From assembly GCA_013239625.1 (NCBI GenBank), contig MU053881.1:3288001-3352000 (forward strand): DNA of 64,000 bases, read 5' to 3'. The notes beneath the pieces are model-generated. The model ran no database searches. It saw nothing but the letters and a program-made list of their open reading frames with translations, and was not told the origin of the DNA. Of the stretch, positions 36,921 through 50,283 are shown piece by piece. Position 1 is the stretch's first letter, and each line of letters opens with the position of its first letter. This DNA is from Lama guanicoe (lineage: Eukaryota). Made by a program: the position numbers and the translations under genes.

Positions 36921-38894
36921 TACATAAAAAGTAGGCTAAGAGGCATAAACAGGCCCAAACCAGATATGACTGTCTGGATGCTATAAGTTCGTGTTATGTT
37001 GCACCTATAAGTCTGGCTTTGCCTTGGAGATTGTTTGTAAATTCCTCAAAACCTTATGGGTTAAGGTTACTACAGATGAGCAAACTGAGGCTTACAAGGG
37101 TAAAGTCACTTGCCTAAGATCTTTCTGCTCTTAAGCACCATGTCGCAGGTCTGAGAACAACTTTGCTGCTCTTTCTACCAGGTATCAGGGCACCCAGTTG
37201 CTCTGGTCCTAGGATGATTGATTAATTGGAGTTTTATGGAGGAGGAGCCAGTCCTCCTTCTCAATCTAGCTGAATTAGTGTAGGAGGCAGCAAGACTTAT
37301 ACAGGTGAGGAGAGAAGTCATCTTTAACATGAAGAAAAGGAATGTAGGAGGAACGAGGCAAGAATGGATTAGTAATAGGGGACAGGCTAAGGAATGTGAC
37401 ATTTGAAGTCAAGGGCAATTAGGAAATAAGTTTTCGTTTCAAAGAAACTTACATAGTTTGAGGAAAGGGGAAGAGAGCTGAAGTTTATTGGTGCTTCTTT
37501 GTGTTAGACATTGCGCTGGGCACTTTTACATCCATTTCCTCCCGTAATGCCCAGGGCAAGCTTGTGGAATGTCTCTGCAGCATGGAGATTGTCCCTCCCA
37601 CCCCTGGCCCACTGCATAATGATGCTTCCTAGGGGACAAGAGAAGGATCCCAGAAAATAAAGTGGTGGAAAATTTGGAAAGGAATATAGGATGGTGAGTG
37701 GGTATCCCTGACCAAGGGAAACGTGCTATTCTCAGTCTTTGGGAAGACGTGGGGCCAGAGTGTGGGCATTCCGACTGCCAGTCATCATGGGGCCAGATGC
37801 GGGTGGGTCCCGGGACGGGGTGGGGGAGGGAAGGACTTCCTCTGGATCAGGCAGGAGTGTGTATGTGCAGGCCAAGCCAGGGTTCTGGTGGTAGGATGAG
37901 TCCCTCCACCTTGTGAGGCACCACTGAGCTCACTGCTCTGACTCACCAACCTCTTTGGATAAACTTCCCAAGAATTTAGGGGAGGACCAAGTCTAGGCAG
38001 AGCACGTAGCTCCATGTCTGAATTCTTTCTAACAGAGACTCTCTGGATCACGGATAATGCAAGGAAGTGTGCATGTGTGTGGTGTGTTTTGAGAGAACTG
38101 AGTCCCCAAGGAGCTTCATGCTGGAAGGCAGGGGTTTGGTGCAGCAACTCTAGCTGCTTAGGATGAAGGGATTTTTTCTTTTTAATTTCCCCAAACTGTA
38201 TGACCTTCTTATTCTGCATCTGGAGAAAATAATACAGGAGCAACAGTGGGGATGCTTGTCCCAGGTAGAGATGGCCTTGCTGCTACAAACCCTCAGAGAT
38301 GCAGTAGTGGGGTTCCCATCAGCCACAAAAGCCTGAAGGCTCAAGTCCCCTAGGCCAGATATGGAGCCAAACAGGGACTTTGTTGTTCTGACCTTTTGAT
38401 GCTAACAGACCTCCCTCCTGAGACTGAATCTCACCCTGCAGATACATGGGGTCACCCAGAGGGAGAAAAACAACATTCCCTGATAAGCAGGGGAGGAGGC
38501 TGGAGTGGTTCCACTTGGAAATAAAGAAAAATACACCTCTCAAGCTAGTGAGGTTGGATGTGTCGGCCACACAAATAATGAGTCAATTTGCCTTGCATGC
38601 GGATTGAGAAATGTCTCAGAAGTAATCCTTTTGCTGTTGGCGGTGGGGCCGCGGTGTGTGTGGGCAGAGAATGTAGATGGTAAATGTATTCTGGATAACA
38701 AAGATAAAGAATGCATTTGTGTTAAGACCTACCAGATAATCCTTTTATGCCCCTCTAGCACCTGGCACAGAATTCAGTCTGCAGTTCAGTGTGGTAACTA
38801 TTTTAGAGATTTTGGCAGCTTCACCAGGAAGAAGCAAAGAGAATGATCTCTAAATATTTGCTGATGGGAGGGAGAACGGGTGACTAAATGAATG

Positions 38895-38985
38895 TATGGA
38901 TGGGTGGGTAGATGTGTGGGTGAGTGGATGGATGGATGGATGGATGGGTGGGTAGGTGGGTGGGTGGTGAATGGGTGAGTGAGTG
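38895..38985. repeat. (TGGA/TGGG)n degenerate tetranucleotide repeat
   Basis: Seen directly. Confidence 0.9.
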
Positions 38986-39369
38986 GCTAGAATGATGGAT
39001 AGAGCAGTGTCATTAGAATTTCTGAGACTCAGTGTCAGTCGTGGAATGGAAACGACCAGGCTGTTGTGTGTCTTGTTGTCAGCAGCCTGTCAACACTGTC
39101 CTAGGGTGATGGGCACTTCTGGGTTTCTCCATGTGATTATTCAACTGGACTGTGAATTTCAAAGGCAAATGTGAGCCTGGAGCCCACCAGCTGAATATGA
39201 ACATAGCTGGGCTAAATCCACCTTTTCCAGTCCCTTCCCAGCCGCAATCACTTTTTGGCTCTGAGCCTCCGTTTCCTTGTCTCCTAGGAGAGGATGAGAA
39301 CCTCAGTCTTACAGGATGGAAGTGACAATGAAATAAAACAGCAGACATCAGCCTCGCTGGTGCTTACAG

Positions 39370-39580
39370 AGAACTGTTACTATACGACAGGAACTGTTTT
39401 TAGTGCTTGGCTTATACCAACGCGCCACAATCCGATGAGGTAGGTACTGTTATAGTTGCTATTTTACAGAGAAGAAACTGAGGCAGAGAAGGTAAGAAGA
39501 GATTTGACCAAGGCCTTCAGCTAGGAAGGCGGATCTGGGCTTCAAATCCTGACAGGCTGTTTCTAGAGCATGTATATTTA
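39370..39580 (-). mobile_element. MIR SINE
   Basis: tgaggtaggtactgtta...attttacagagaagaaactgaggcagaga. Confidence 0.7.
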
Positions 39581-39861
39581 GCCCTTTGCCCTGCATCCTC
39601 TTGAATGTATAACCTGCTTAGCACAGCCCCTGGCGTGTGGTGGGTCATCCCTAAAGGGGCAATGCCTTTCCTCTTGGTTCATTAGTTGCTCTGAGATGGC
39701 ATGGTGGCCTGTCCCCTGTGGTCAGAGCTGATAGGAGCCTGGAGAGACAGCTGTGAATTCGGCCTTGGCCAGTCATGCCAAGCCCCTCAACTAGGACTTT
39801 TCTTTTTACCCTTTTAAGCCTGATTCTCAAAACGAGGAAGACGTAGAAAGATCTGAAAAAA

Positions 39862-39961
39862 AAAATCTGTATGCATATGGATAACTGAATCGTTTTGCTG
39901 TACACCTGAAACTAGCATTGTAAATCAACCACACTTCAGTGAAAAATAAAATTAAAAAAAA
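39862..39961 (+). mobile_element. Very short L1 3' tail
   Basis: ataactgaatcgttttgctgtacacctgaaactagcattgtaaatcaacc followed by an A-rich tail. Confidence 0.7.
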
Positions 39962-40389
39962 GTGGGAGACATAGATTTCAAGATCCTTGGGAGTCAAATC
40001 AATTTCCCTTACCTCAGGTAAGGAAAGGCTTTGTTAAGGAAAAGAAACACATCTCTTTCCAAATGCATTTTAAGACAGTCTGCGAACTGCTTTGCAATTT
40101 GGGTGCACAGGCACTTTAGAACAAAGTAAGAAGAAAATGGCTTTTTTAAAAAGCATGTCAAGGGCAATGTTCAGCATTAGGATTATTATGATATTGTTAT
40201 TATAATTTTCTGTGCATGTATGGGAGAGAGACACGGGGTGGTGATCAACTTTAGAATCTTTTCTACTGTAATTTAGGTTGATACATGATCATGAGATGAT
40301 TGCTCAGCTGCTGAGAATCGAAAAGAGAAGATGCCTGTCAATGCAGGCAGGAATGAAGTCCCTGAAACGATGCAGGCAGTGGGTCTCAA

Positions 40390-40815
40390 TGGTTAGGACC
40401 ATTGTCTCGGGAGGCTGGATGCAAACCTGGCTTCCATCCTTGCTGTGTGACCCTAGGTTTGCCATTGTCCCTCTCCAAGCCTCAGTTTCTTCACCTGAAA
40501 AATGGGAATGGTTTTGTGGAGAGTTGCTGTGATGATCAAACAGGATCATGTTAATAATTATGTTACTGTAAATCTGAAGTACTAGATAAATAAATGTAAG
40601 GGAAGGTGCTCATTTTTGGAAGTCACGGGGGTCTGAAGTCCGGCAAAGCTGGGTTGCGTCTTTGCTCAGGCACTCTTTTGCTGAGCTTTGGTTATTTCAT
40701 GTCCAAAAGTGGGATAGTAATTTTCGGACAAAAGTTTTGTTTAGGATTCAGTGAGGTTAATGTGCATAAAATGTTTGGCGTAATGCCTTACACAGTAAGT
40801 GCTCAAGAGTGCTAG
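40390..40815 (+). mobile_element. Two MIR fragments
   Basis: gctgtgtgaccc...gcctcagtttcttcacctgaaaatggg, and aggattcagtgaggttaatgtgcataaa...cacagtaagtgctcaa. Confidence 0.6.
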
Positions 40816-40849
40816 GCAATTACACTTAAAAGAAAATTTTAATTATTAT

Positions 40850-40923
40850 TCTTCTAACGTTGATACTGGGCATTGAACCTAGGACCTCACACGTGCTTTA
40901 CCACGAAGCTACACCCCACCCCC
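40850..40923 (-). mobile_element. Degenerate vic-1-like SINE
   Basis: tactgggcattgaacctaggacctc...ctttaccacgaagctacacccc. Confidence 0.6.
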
Positions 40924-41043
40924 AGGGAATTATACTTGATTGTGACCCCTGGCTCAGAAGTGATGCCACAGAGGACAGGACATGGGAAGAAATGAAGAAA
41001 TGGTTCAAAACATTGATTGCGCGATTGAATGTTCTTTTTATTC

Positions 41044-41045
<2 letters not shown>

Positions 41046-41074
<29 letters not shown>
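41046..41074. repeat. (TG)n microsatellite
   Basis: Seen directly. Confidence 0.95.
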
Positions 41075-41076
<2 letters not shown>

Positions 41077-42249
41077 ACATCTGTGTGTGTACTCTAGCAT
41101 GGTTAATGACGAATTTCCATGGTGAGAATTGGATGAGTCATGGACTCAATTTAGTCTTTACAACAGCTGAAAACAGCAAGAAACGTTTTCCCCTTCTGGA
41201 AGCCATGCCCCCTTCCTGGTTGACTCTGGCTGGATTCTCTGCAATCCAGATATTGTAAATGCTCGCAAGGGCAGCTCAGCAGGTCTCTGAGAGGGTGGAG
41301 TTCATTCTTGGTCAGAGGGAGACAAGACTCCTATGTAATGAGGCACTTTACTAACATAGGAAGTGCAGTTCGCATGGGCTGTGTATCCTGGGAAGAACGT
41401 GGGCTTCCAGGAGAATCTGGGAAAAGCACCTTATGCTTCTCTTTCTTCCGTTTAAGGGACAGTCACTTGAATGTTCCTCTGCATCCGCCTGGAGGACCGC
41501 ACACCTCCCTCACCACCTGCCTGACTCCAGTCTCACTCTGGTCAGTCACCTTCACATCACCGGCACATCCACAGCTTGCACACCCCTGTCTGATTCCCAT
41601 GCTGTCCCACCGAGGGGAGAGTCCTAGCTGCTTTGCACAATGAACTGACTTTTTCCAAGCTGGCCTCAACTTGTGTCTGATTCAGCCCCTGCTCTTGCTG
41701 TAACAATCTGGGCACATATTTGTGTATCCCACTCATGAGCAAAACCTGTCCGATTCCCTGTACCTCTGGTAACTGGCATGGAGATGGTGCTCAATACGTG
41801 TTTTTTAACATGGCAGTTCAGCCGAGTGTTTAAAAAATTTGACTCAAATGGGATCTGAGTCTGAGTCTTGGACTCTCCAGTTTGTTGGTCTGTCAGGTAG
41901 GGAAGATGGCTAAGCCTTAGTTCCACTCTCTGTACAGTAGAGGCAATGGTGCTGTCCATAAGGATGTTCTGAGGATGAGATGAAGGACCACAGCAAAAAG
42001 GCTTGCACAAGGCTAGGCATGCGGTAAGAACTTAAAAGATGGTAGCTTTTATTATTATTAAGTCTTTGTTGAACACACAGCATAGCACGGTCTATGGAGA
42101 AAAAGAATCATAAAAGGGATACTGAATAATGCTCTTTTGATGCTGGAAACCACCAGGGACACATGATAGAAGACTACTCTTCTGAGAATGTATGCTAACA
42201 ATGGTGATGGAAATTGTGGGGAAGATGTGATGTCTGATAGCGTGGTAGG

Positions 42250-42700
42250 GTGTGTTCAGTTGCAAGGAACTGAAAATCCAACCCAAATAGGATTAAGCAA
42301 TTTTTTTTTAAAAGGTTAATTGCTTATGTAACTAGACAGTAACAAGGTTGGGTGGGCTTCAGTGCTGGTTTGACTCAGCTGCTCAGTGATATTATCAGCA
42401 GCCCAGGGTCTTTTTCTCTATGCTCTACCAGCTTCATCCTAAGGCCATCTTCTTTCTTGGTGCAGCTGTAAGAGGGCTGCCAATTTTCGGGGATTTGAGG
42501 ACCATGCCCAGGAAGAGGGACAGGGTTGCTTCTAGAAACTCTCTTAGAAGACTGAAACCGTGCTTTCTTGAAGCCACCAGCAAATAACTCCAGTCTTCTT
42601 GGCCTTGAATGAATCACATATCCATCAACGAACCGCTAGATAGTGTTCAGGGAATGAGTTTGTGCTGATTGATTTGGCTTGAGCCACCTGCTCCATCCCC
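42250..42700 (-). mobile_element. MLT1K-like MaLR LTR
   Basis: cagttgcaaggaactgaaaatccaacccaaataggattaagc...cttcatcctaaggc...gaagccaccagcaaa. Confidence 0.55.
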
Positions 42701-43634
42701 AGAACCAAAGCATGTGTTCTGCAGTGGAGGGCTAAGATCGTCCAAGTACTGCAATGGGGGGTGGTACTAGGAAAGAAACTGTTTTCTGACTTTGTAAAGA
42801 ATCAGCAGCTCTCATGACTGCTATGCAGGTTTGAGAGAATGGGAGGCATATCTCTATACTTTAATTGCCTCGTGACTTAGGTGCTTTTAAAAGTGCATTC
42901 CTACATCATTTATTCAACAACCACCAATGGTGCAACAAAAAAGTATAATAATGACATTTCTCTCTCTCTCTTTGCTGCATCTACTGTTTGTACTATGATC
43001 TTTTAGCTTTGACTCTTGGTTTTCTGATGCCTCCCCCCGCCCCCCCCAATAAATAGCTCTCTGAGGTAAGTGTTACTAGATTGGCTTTGTAGATGAGAAA
43101 ACAAATTGAAGCTCAAGGAGGTTGATGTCAGGGTTTCAGATTCACTCAGGAACTTAGCAGCAGAGCCCGGATTTAATCCAGGCCTGTCTGTTTCCAAAGC
43201 TCATGTCATTTCCCAGATTCCATGCTACCTTCTTATTCTAGAAGCAAGGCAGAGACTTCCATTTGAAAATGGGTGTGCCAACTGATATTCTTCCCATCTC
43301 CTCCTGAAAACCATCCAAAGCAATAAGGAAAATGGAGAACAAAATTCCAAACTCCTTTTTTCAGTGAAGCTAGGAGACAGGCTGAAAAATATTGTGTGAT
43401 GGCTGTGAAGAGCACACAGTAGCTGCATGACATAGCCAAAAGCAGGAGAGAGCTCAGTAAAGTATTTGAGCCCCCCAAAACAGAGAAAAAAAATCAAACT
43501 TTCTTGATGCTGGGGAACCATTCTGAAGGAGAAAAATCTATATCCTTTGTAAAAGAGGATGAGGACATATGGTAAGTTGAGAAGTAGAAGTTCCCCCAAA
43601 CTTGGTTGGATTCAGAGAGGTGAGGAGGCTGGAA

Positions 43635-43990
43635 GTGTTAGTCAGTTTTTGCTACATAACAAACATCTCCAAACTCAATAAATATTTTTTCCTGTTCATG
43701 TGTTTTCAGGACGGTTAGGGCTGATGTATCTGGGCTGGGCTCAGCCAGGCTTGGCTCCAGTCTGAGGGCTGGGTGCTGGTTGGCTCCAGGTGTATCTCAA
43801 CCTACTTAATCCAGTGACAACCTGAGGCATGTTCTTCTTATGATGACAAGCAAGAGTCAAGAAGATAAATCGAACTACACAAGCACATTTCATGCTTTGT
43901 TCATGGCGTACACACTAATAGCCCATTAGCCAAAGCAAATTGCACGGTCAAATCTGAAGCCAAGAGGTAAGGAAGTACCATCCATCGGCA
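43635..43990 (-). mobile_element. MLT1G/H-like MaLR LTR
   Basis: tgttagtcagtttttgctacataacaaacatctccaaactca...cccattagccaaagcaaattgcacggtcaa. Confidence 0.6.
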
Positions 43991-45182
43991 GAAGACTTCC
44001 TCCAACTCCCTGAAAATAAAATTTAAAACCCAGATGAAATAAACAGTTTTCTAGGAAAATGTAATTTATCACGTCTGATCTTAAAGGAGAGATTACAGTC
44101 TAAACATCGTAGTAAAAGCAAAAGACTTGAACTCTCACAAGTGAAAGAAATTCACATAAATAATATAAGGCCAAGAATTATTTCAGAAATTCAAGGATAA
44201 TTTCATATTAGGAAATGGATTAAATTAATGATTTAAAGAGAAAAATCACCTGATATTGTCTATGATTGCTGCAAAGGTGTTTGACATAATAATTCAATGC
44301 TTATTAATAAAATAGAGATCAATGGATTCTTCCTTAACATGATAAAATATCTTAGCTCCAGAGCCACCGTTCCACTGAATGGGGAAACACAGGCAGCATC
44401 CCGACTCAAGTCAAAGAAGGCTACTCATTCCTGGAGGGTTGATTACCCATTAGACATTTTCCATGTAAGACCTCATATTTTATTTAGTAAATTTCTACTG
44501 TTTCTCTTTTCCTTTACTTCCTTTGGCTTAATTTGCTCCTCTTTTTCTAACTTCTTTTGGGAGATTCTTAGATTATTGATTTTCAAGCATTTTTCTCTTT
44601 AAATACCTTCATTTAAAGTTATACATTTCCTTCTAGGCACAGTTTTAGCTGTGGTCCACAACCATGTAATATATTCCTTAGCATTTAGGTCAAGATTTCT
44701 TATTTCTATTTTTTATTTCTTCATTGACCAGTGGGCTATTTGGAAGCATGTTGCTTAAGTTCTAAATGTCTCCAAATGTTGAAAAAATTTTTTTTGTTAT
44801 TGATAACTAGATTAATGCCATTATAGTCAGAGAACATACTAGGGATAATTTCACTCCTTTGGAATCTGTGAACATTTGCTTCATAACCCTGCAATATGGC
44901 TAGTTTTGGTAAATCCATGTGCAGTTAAAAGATGTATTTTTTGATGATTCGGTACAGGTTTCTATGTATGTCAATTGGGTCAATTTTTTTAAAACTTTTT
45001 TTATTGAGTTACAGTCATTTTAAAATGTTGTGTCAAATTCCAGTGTAGAGCACAATTTTTCAGTTATACATGAACATACATACATTCATTGTCACATTCT
45101 CTTTTGCTGTGAGCTACCACAAGATCTTGTATATATTTCCCTGTGCTACACAGTACAATCTTGTTTATCTATTCTACATTTT

Positions 45183-45499
45183 NNNNNNNNNNNNNNNNNN
45201 NNNNNNNNNNNNNNNNNNNNNNNNNNNNNNNNNNNNNNNNNNNNNNNNNNNNNNNNNNNNNNNNNNNNNNNNNNNNNNNNNNNNNNNNNNNNNNNNNNNN
45301 NNNNNNNNNNNNNNNNNNNNNNNNNNNNNNNNNNNNNNNNNNNNNNNNNNNNNNNNNNNNNNNNNNNNNNNNNNNNNNNNNNNNNNNNNNNNNNNNNNNN
45401 NNNNNNNNNNNNNNNNNNNNNNNNNNNNNNNNNNNNNNNNNNNNNNNNNNNNNNNNNNNNNNNNNNNNNNNNNNNNNNNNNNNNNNNNNNNNNNNNNNN
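45183..45499. other. Assembly gap (317 N) inside the L1 3' region
   Basis: N run seen directly. Confidence 1.
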
Positions 45500-46317
45500 T
45501 TTTCTCCACAGCCTCTCCAGCATTTGTCATCTGTGGACTTTTGAATGATGGCCATTCTGACTGGTGTGAGGTGATACCTCATTGTAGTTTTGATTTGCAT
45601 TTCTCTGATAATTAGTGATATTGAGCATTTTTTCATGTGCCTATTGATCATTTGTATTTCTTCCTTGGAGAATTGCTTTTTTAGGTCTTCTGCCCATTTT
45701 TGGATTGGGTTGTTTGTTTTTTTCTTATTAAGTCATATGTGCTGCTTATATATTCTGGAGATCAAGCCTTTGTCAGTTTCATCATCTGCAAAAATTTTCT
45801 CCCCTTCCGTAGGTTGTCATTTTGTTTTGCTTATGATTTCCTTTGCTGTGCAGAAGCTTGTAAGTTTCATTAGGTCCCATTTGTTTATTCTTGCTTTTAT
45901 TTCTATTGCTTGGGTAGACTGCCTTAGGAGAACATTTTTGAGATGTATGTCTGATAATGTTTTGCCTATATTTCCTTCTAGGAGGTTTATTGCATCTTGT
46001 CTTATGTTTAAGTCTTTGATCCATTTTGAGTTGATATTTTTGTATGGTATAAGGGAGTGTTCTAACTTCATTGATTTCCATGCTGCTGTCCAGTTTTCCC
46101 AACACCATTTGCTGAAGAGACTGTCTTTATTCCATTGTATATTCTTGCCTCCTTTGTCAAAGATTATTGACCAAAATTTGTGGGTTCATTTCTGGGCTCT
46201 CTATTCTATTCTATTGGTCTATATGTCTGTTTTTGTACCAATACCATGCTCTCTTGATGACTGTAGCTCTGTAGTATTGTCTGAAGTCTGGGAGAGACTT
46301 CAGACAATACTACAGAG

Positions 46318-46443
46318 CTCCAGCCTCTTTCTTTTTCTTCAGTAATGCTTTGGCAATTCCTCCAGCCTCTTTCTTTTTCTTCAGTAATGCTTTGGCAATT
46401 CCTCCAGCCTCTTTCTTTTTCTTCAGTAATGCTTTGGCAATTC
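46318..46443. repeat. Perfect 3 x 42-bp tandem repeat inside L1 ORF2
   Basis: ctccagcctctttctttttcttcagtaatgctttggcaattc at 46318-46359, 46360-46401 and 46402-46443. Confidence 0.97.
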
Positions 46444-49400
46444 TAGGTCTTTTGTGGTTTCATATAAATTTTATTATGATTTGTTCTAGTTTTGTGAAAT
46501 ATGTCCTGGGTAATTTGATAGGGATTGCGTTAAATCTGTAGATTGCCTTGGGCAGTGTGACCATTTTAACAATATTGATTCTTCCAATCCAAGAGCATGG
46601 GATAGCTTTCTATTTTTAAAGTCTTCTTTAATTTCCTTCATCAGTGGTTTATAGTTTTCCGTGTATAAGTCTTTCACCTTCTTGGTTAGATTGACTCCTA
46701 GGTATTTTATTACTTTGGGTGCTATTTCAAAGGGGATTGTTTCTTTACTTTCTTTTCCTGTTGATTCATCATTAGTGTAAAGAAATGCAAATGATTTTTG
46801 TATGTTCATCTTGTAACCTGTTACCTTGCTGAATTCTTTGATTATTTCTAGTAGTTTTTGTGTGGACCTTTTAGGTTTTTCTATATATAGTATCATGTCA
46901 TCTGCATATAGTGACACATTTTTCCTCTTCTTTTCCGATTTAGATCCCTTTTATTTCCCTCTCTTGCCTGATTGCTGTGGCTAGGACTTCCAAGACTATA
47001 TTGAATAGGAGTGGTGATAGTGGGTAGCCTTGTTTTGTCCCAGATTTTAGTGGGAAGCTTTTGAGTTTTTCACCATTGAGTACTCTGCTGGCTATAGGTT
47101 TGTCATATATAGCTTTTATTATGTTGAAGTATGTTCCCTCTATACCCGCTTTGGTGAGAGTTTTTATCATAAATGGGTGTTGAATTTTATCAAAAGCTTT
47201 TTCTGCATCTATTGAGATGATCATGTGGTTTTTGTCCTTTCTCTTGTTGATGTGATGTATTACATTGATTGATTTGCATATGTTGAACCACCCTTGTGTC
47301 CCTGGGATGAACCTCACTTGATCATGATGTATAATCTTTTTTATGTGATGTTGGATTCTATTTGCTCGTATTTTGGTAAGGATTTTTGCATTTATGTTCA
47401 TCAGTGATATTGGTCTGTAATTCTTTTTTTTGGTAGTGTCTTTGCCTGGTTTTGGTATCAGGGTGATGGTGGCTTCATAGAATGAGTTTGGAAGTTTCCC
47501 TCTTTTTCAATCTTCTGGAAAAGTTTGAGAAGGACTGGTATGAGTTCTTCTTTGTATGTTTGGTAGAATTCCCTGGTGAAGCTGTCCGGTTCTGGACTTT
47601 TATTTGTAGGGAGGTTTTTTACTGCTAATTCGGTTTCATTTCTGGTTATCGGTTTGTTCAAGTGGTCAGTTTTATCTTGGTTCAGTCTTGGTGGACTGTA
47701 TGTTTCCAAAAACTTGTCCATCTCCTCTAGGTTATCCATTTTGGTTCCATATAGTTTTTCACAATATTCTCATATGATATTCTGTATCTCTATGTTATTT
47801 GTTGTAATTTCTCCATTTTCCTTCCTTATTTTGCTTATTTGTGCTCTCTCTTTTTTCTTCTTTGTGAGTTTGGCCAGAGGTTTGTCAATTTTATTTACTC
47901 TTTCAAATGTCCAGCTTTTGGTTTGATTGATTTTTTCAATTTTTTTAATCTCTATTTTATTTATTTCCTCTCTGATCTTTATTATTTCCTTTTTTCTGCT
48001 GATTTTTGGGTGTTTTTGCTCTTCTTTTTCTCGTTCTTTTAGCTGGTGGGTTAGATTGTTTATTTGAGATTGTTCTTCTTTTTTGAGGAAGGCCTGAGTC
48101 ACTATAAACTTCCCTCTTAGCACTGCCTTTGCTGTGTCCCATAAGTTTTGTGTGGTTGTGTTTTCCTTTTCATTTGTCTCAAGGTATTTTTTAATTTCAA
48201 CTTTGATTTCATCATTGACCCATTGGTTTTTTAATAGCATGTTGTTTAATCTCCATTTTTTCCTCCTTTGCTTCTCTGTAGGTGATTTCTAGTTTCATGG
48301 CATTGTGGTCAGTAAAGATGCTTCAGATAATTTCTATCTTCTTAAAATTGTTGAGGCTTCTTTTGTGCCCAAGTACATGATCAGTCTGGGTCAAATTTGT
48401 TAAACATGTTGTTTAGATATTCTACATTTTTATTTATTTATTTTTTTGGTGCATTGCTTATTCTATAAATTATTGAGAGATGTGCTTAAATTTCTTTTAT
48501 TATTCAAAGCAATATGGAAATTAGTCATTTTAAATAGGTAATTGGTCATGTAAAACAAGTGACCAAAAGTTACATAAACATGTCTGAAGCATTTTATTTT
48601 TCTCTGTAGCATGTGGGTATACATTATTGCTGAGCTTAGATATGGAGCCAAGGTCTTTCCTTCACAGTTTGTGTTGTCTTGCCTCTGGCGAGAGGCTTAA
48701 GCCTAGGTGTTTTCATGAGTCTACCTGATTCAGGAGGAATTCACTTGTCTCTTCCCTGCCAAGTGATGAGCATGGCATGCTGGGTCTCCACTCTTCTGAC
48801 TCTCCAGTTAGCTTCTCTCATGCTCAGGTAGCCACCTGCAGGACACGCAAGTCCTCAGGGCCTCATGTTTATTAGTCTAAGCCAGGTGGTTAGTTCTCAG
48901 ACTTCAGAGTGCATCTGAATCACCTGTAGTATATACACTACAACTTCTTTATCCAGTCATCTGTTGATGGACATTTAGATTGCTTCCATGTCTTGGCTAT
49001 TGTAAATAGTGCTGCTGTGAACATTGGGGTGCCTGAATCTTCTTGAATTAGAGTTTTCTCTGGATATATGCCCAGGTGTGGGATCGCCAAAGCATTTCTT
49101 TAGGTGTTTTCTCCACACCCAATTAGGGTCCCCTTCCTAAGAAGAGTTCTGATGCCAACTTTGATAATCCTTTTTTTTTTTTTAAATTGAAGTATAGTTG
49201 ATTTACAATGTTGTGTGAGTGTCCCTTTTTTTTACCACCTTGTGACTGTGGGTTCAAAGTCATGTGAAAATCTGGGGCAAAGTAATCCCAGAAGGTTCAG
49301 AAAGTTGAGAAAGTACAAAAGCCCTGGAACGTGGCATTGCCTGGCTGTGTTGTGACATGGTCCTCCTTTGGAGGCCTGGAGGTTCTGGCCGTGCCCCTCA

Positions 49401-49566
49401 GAAGGCCTTAGATCGGCAGGAGATAGATTTACTTCTCCTAGGTCCAGGCCATGTATTCTCAGCAGGTGCAGTCTTACTCCAAGGGAATGAAAATTAGTTC
49501 TTGGAGGGAGGGAAAAGTCTTCTTACTCTTTTTATGTATAAAGCAGAGATATACATCAGTGAACAA

Positions 49567-49589
49567 ATATATATATATACACACACATA

Positions 49590-49647
<58 letters not shown>

Positions 49648-49658
49648 TATATATGTAT
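49567..49658. repeat. Compound (TA)n/(CA)n microsatellite
   Basis: Seen directly. Confidence 0.95.
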
Positions 49659-49809
49659 GGTACATTGGTGGTATTAGAATTTTATGGGGGAGTGGTTAAG
49701 TAATAATGTCTAAAAAGGCTCTAGATGAGGGGTGATAATTTTTTTATATGGTTTGCAAATATTTTCTCCTATTCCATATGTTACTTGCTTTTCTAAAAAT
49801 AATTATTCT

Positions 49810-50283
49810 TATTTTTAATTGAAATATAGTCAACATACAGTATTAGTTTCAGTCGTACAGCAAAGTAATTCAGTTATACATATACATACATATATACACA
49901 CATTTTCAGTTTCCTTTCCATTATGGCTCATTATAAGAAATTGACTATAGTTCCCCATGCTATACTGTAGGTCCTTTTTGTTTATCTATTTTATATATAG
50001 TAATGTATATTTGTTAATTCCATACTCCTAATCTATCCCTCCCCACTCCTTTCCCCACCCCTTTCCCTCCCCATAGAAAACAGTTTGTTTTCTATGTCCG
50101 TGAGTCTATTTCCAGTTTGTAAATAAAAATTTTTTTTTTAGATTCCACATATAAGTGACATCATATGATATTTGTCTTTCTCTGTCTGACTTACTTCACT
50201 TAATATGATCATCTCAAGGTCCATCCATGTTGCTGCAAATGGCATTATTTTACTCTTCTTTATGGCTGAGTAGTATTTCATTG
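49810..50283 (-). mobile_element. Artiodactyl L1 3' end
   Basis: ttttaattgaaatatagtcaac...agattccacatataagtga...ccatgttgctgcaaatggcattatt. Confidence 0.85.

Larger units (their letters stand above)
44988..48386 (-). mobile_element. Younger 5'-truncated L1 (~3.4 kb) with frameshifted ORF2 (reverse transcriptase), inserted into an older L1
   Basis: Minus-strand ORF fragments carry ORF2 motifs ([77 protein letters not shown]). TSD tgggtcaatttt (44976-44987) / tgggtcaaattt (48387-48398). Old L1-like sequence continues on both sides. Confidence 0.95.

Noticed and set aside
45030..45651. ORFs containing long X runs
   Set aside because: Artefacts of translating through the N gap.
45500..48240. Active or domesticated reverse transcriptase gene
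   Set aside because: ORF2 is 5'-truncated and split by several frameshifts and stops; an ordinary dead L1. The 251-aa plus-strand ORF is its antisense.
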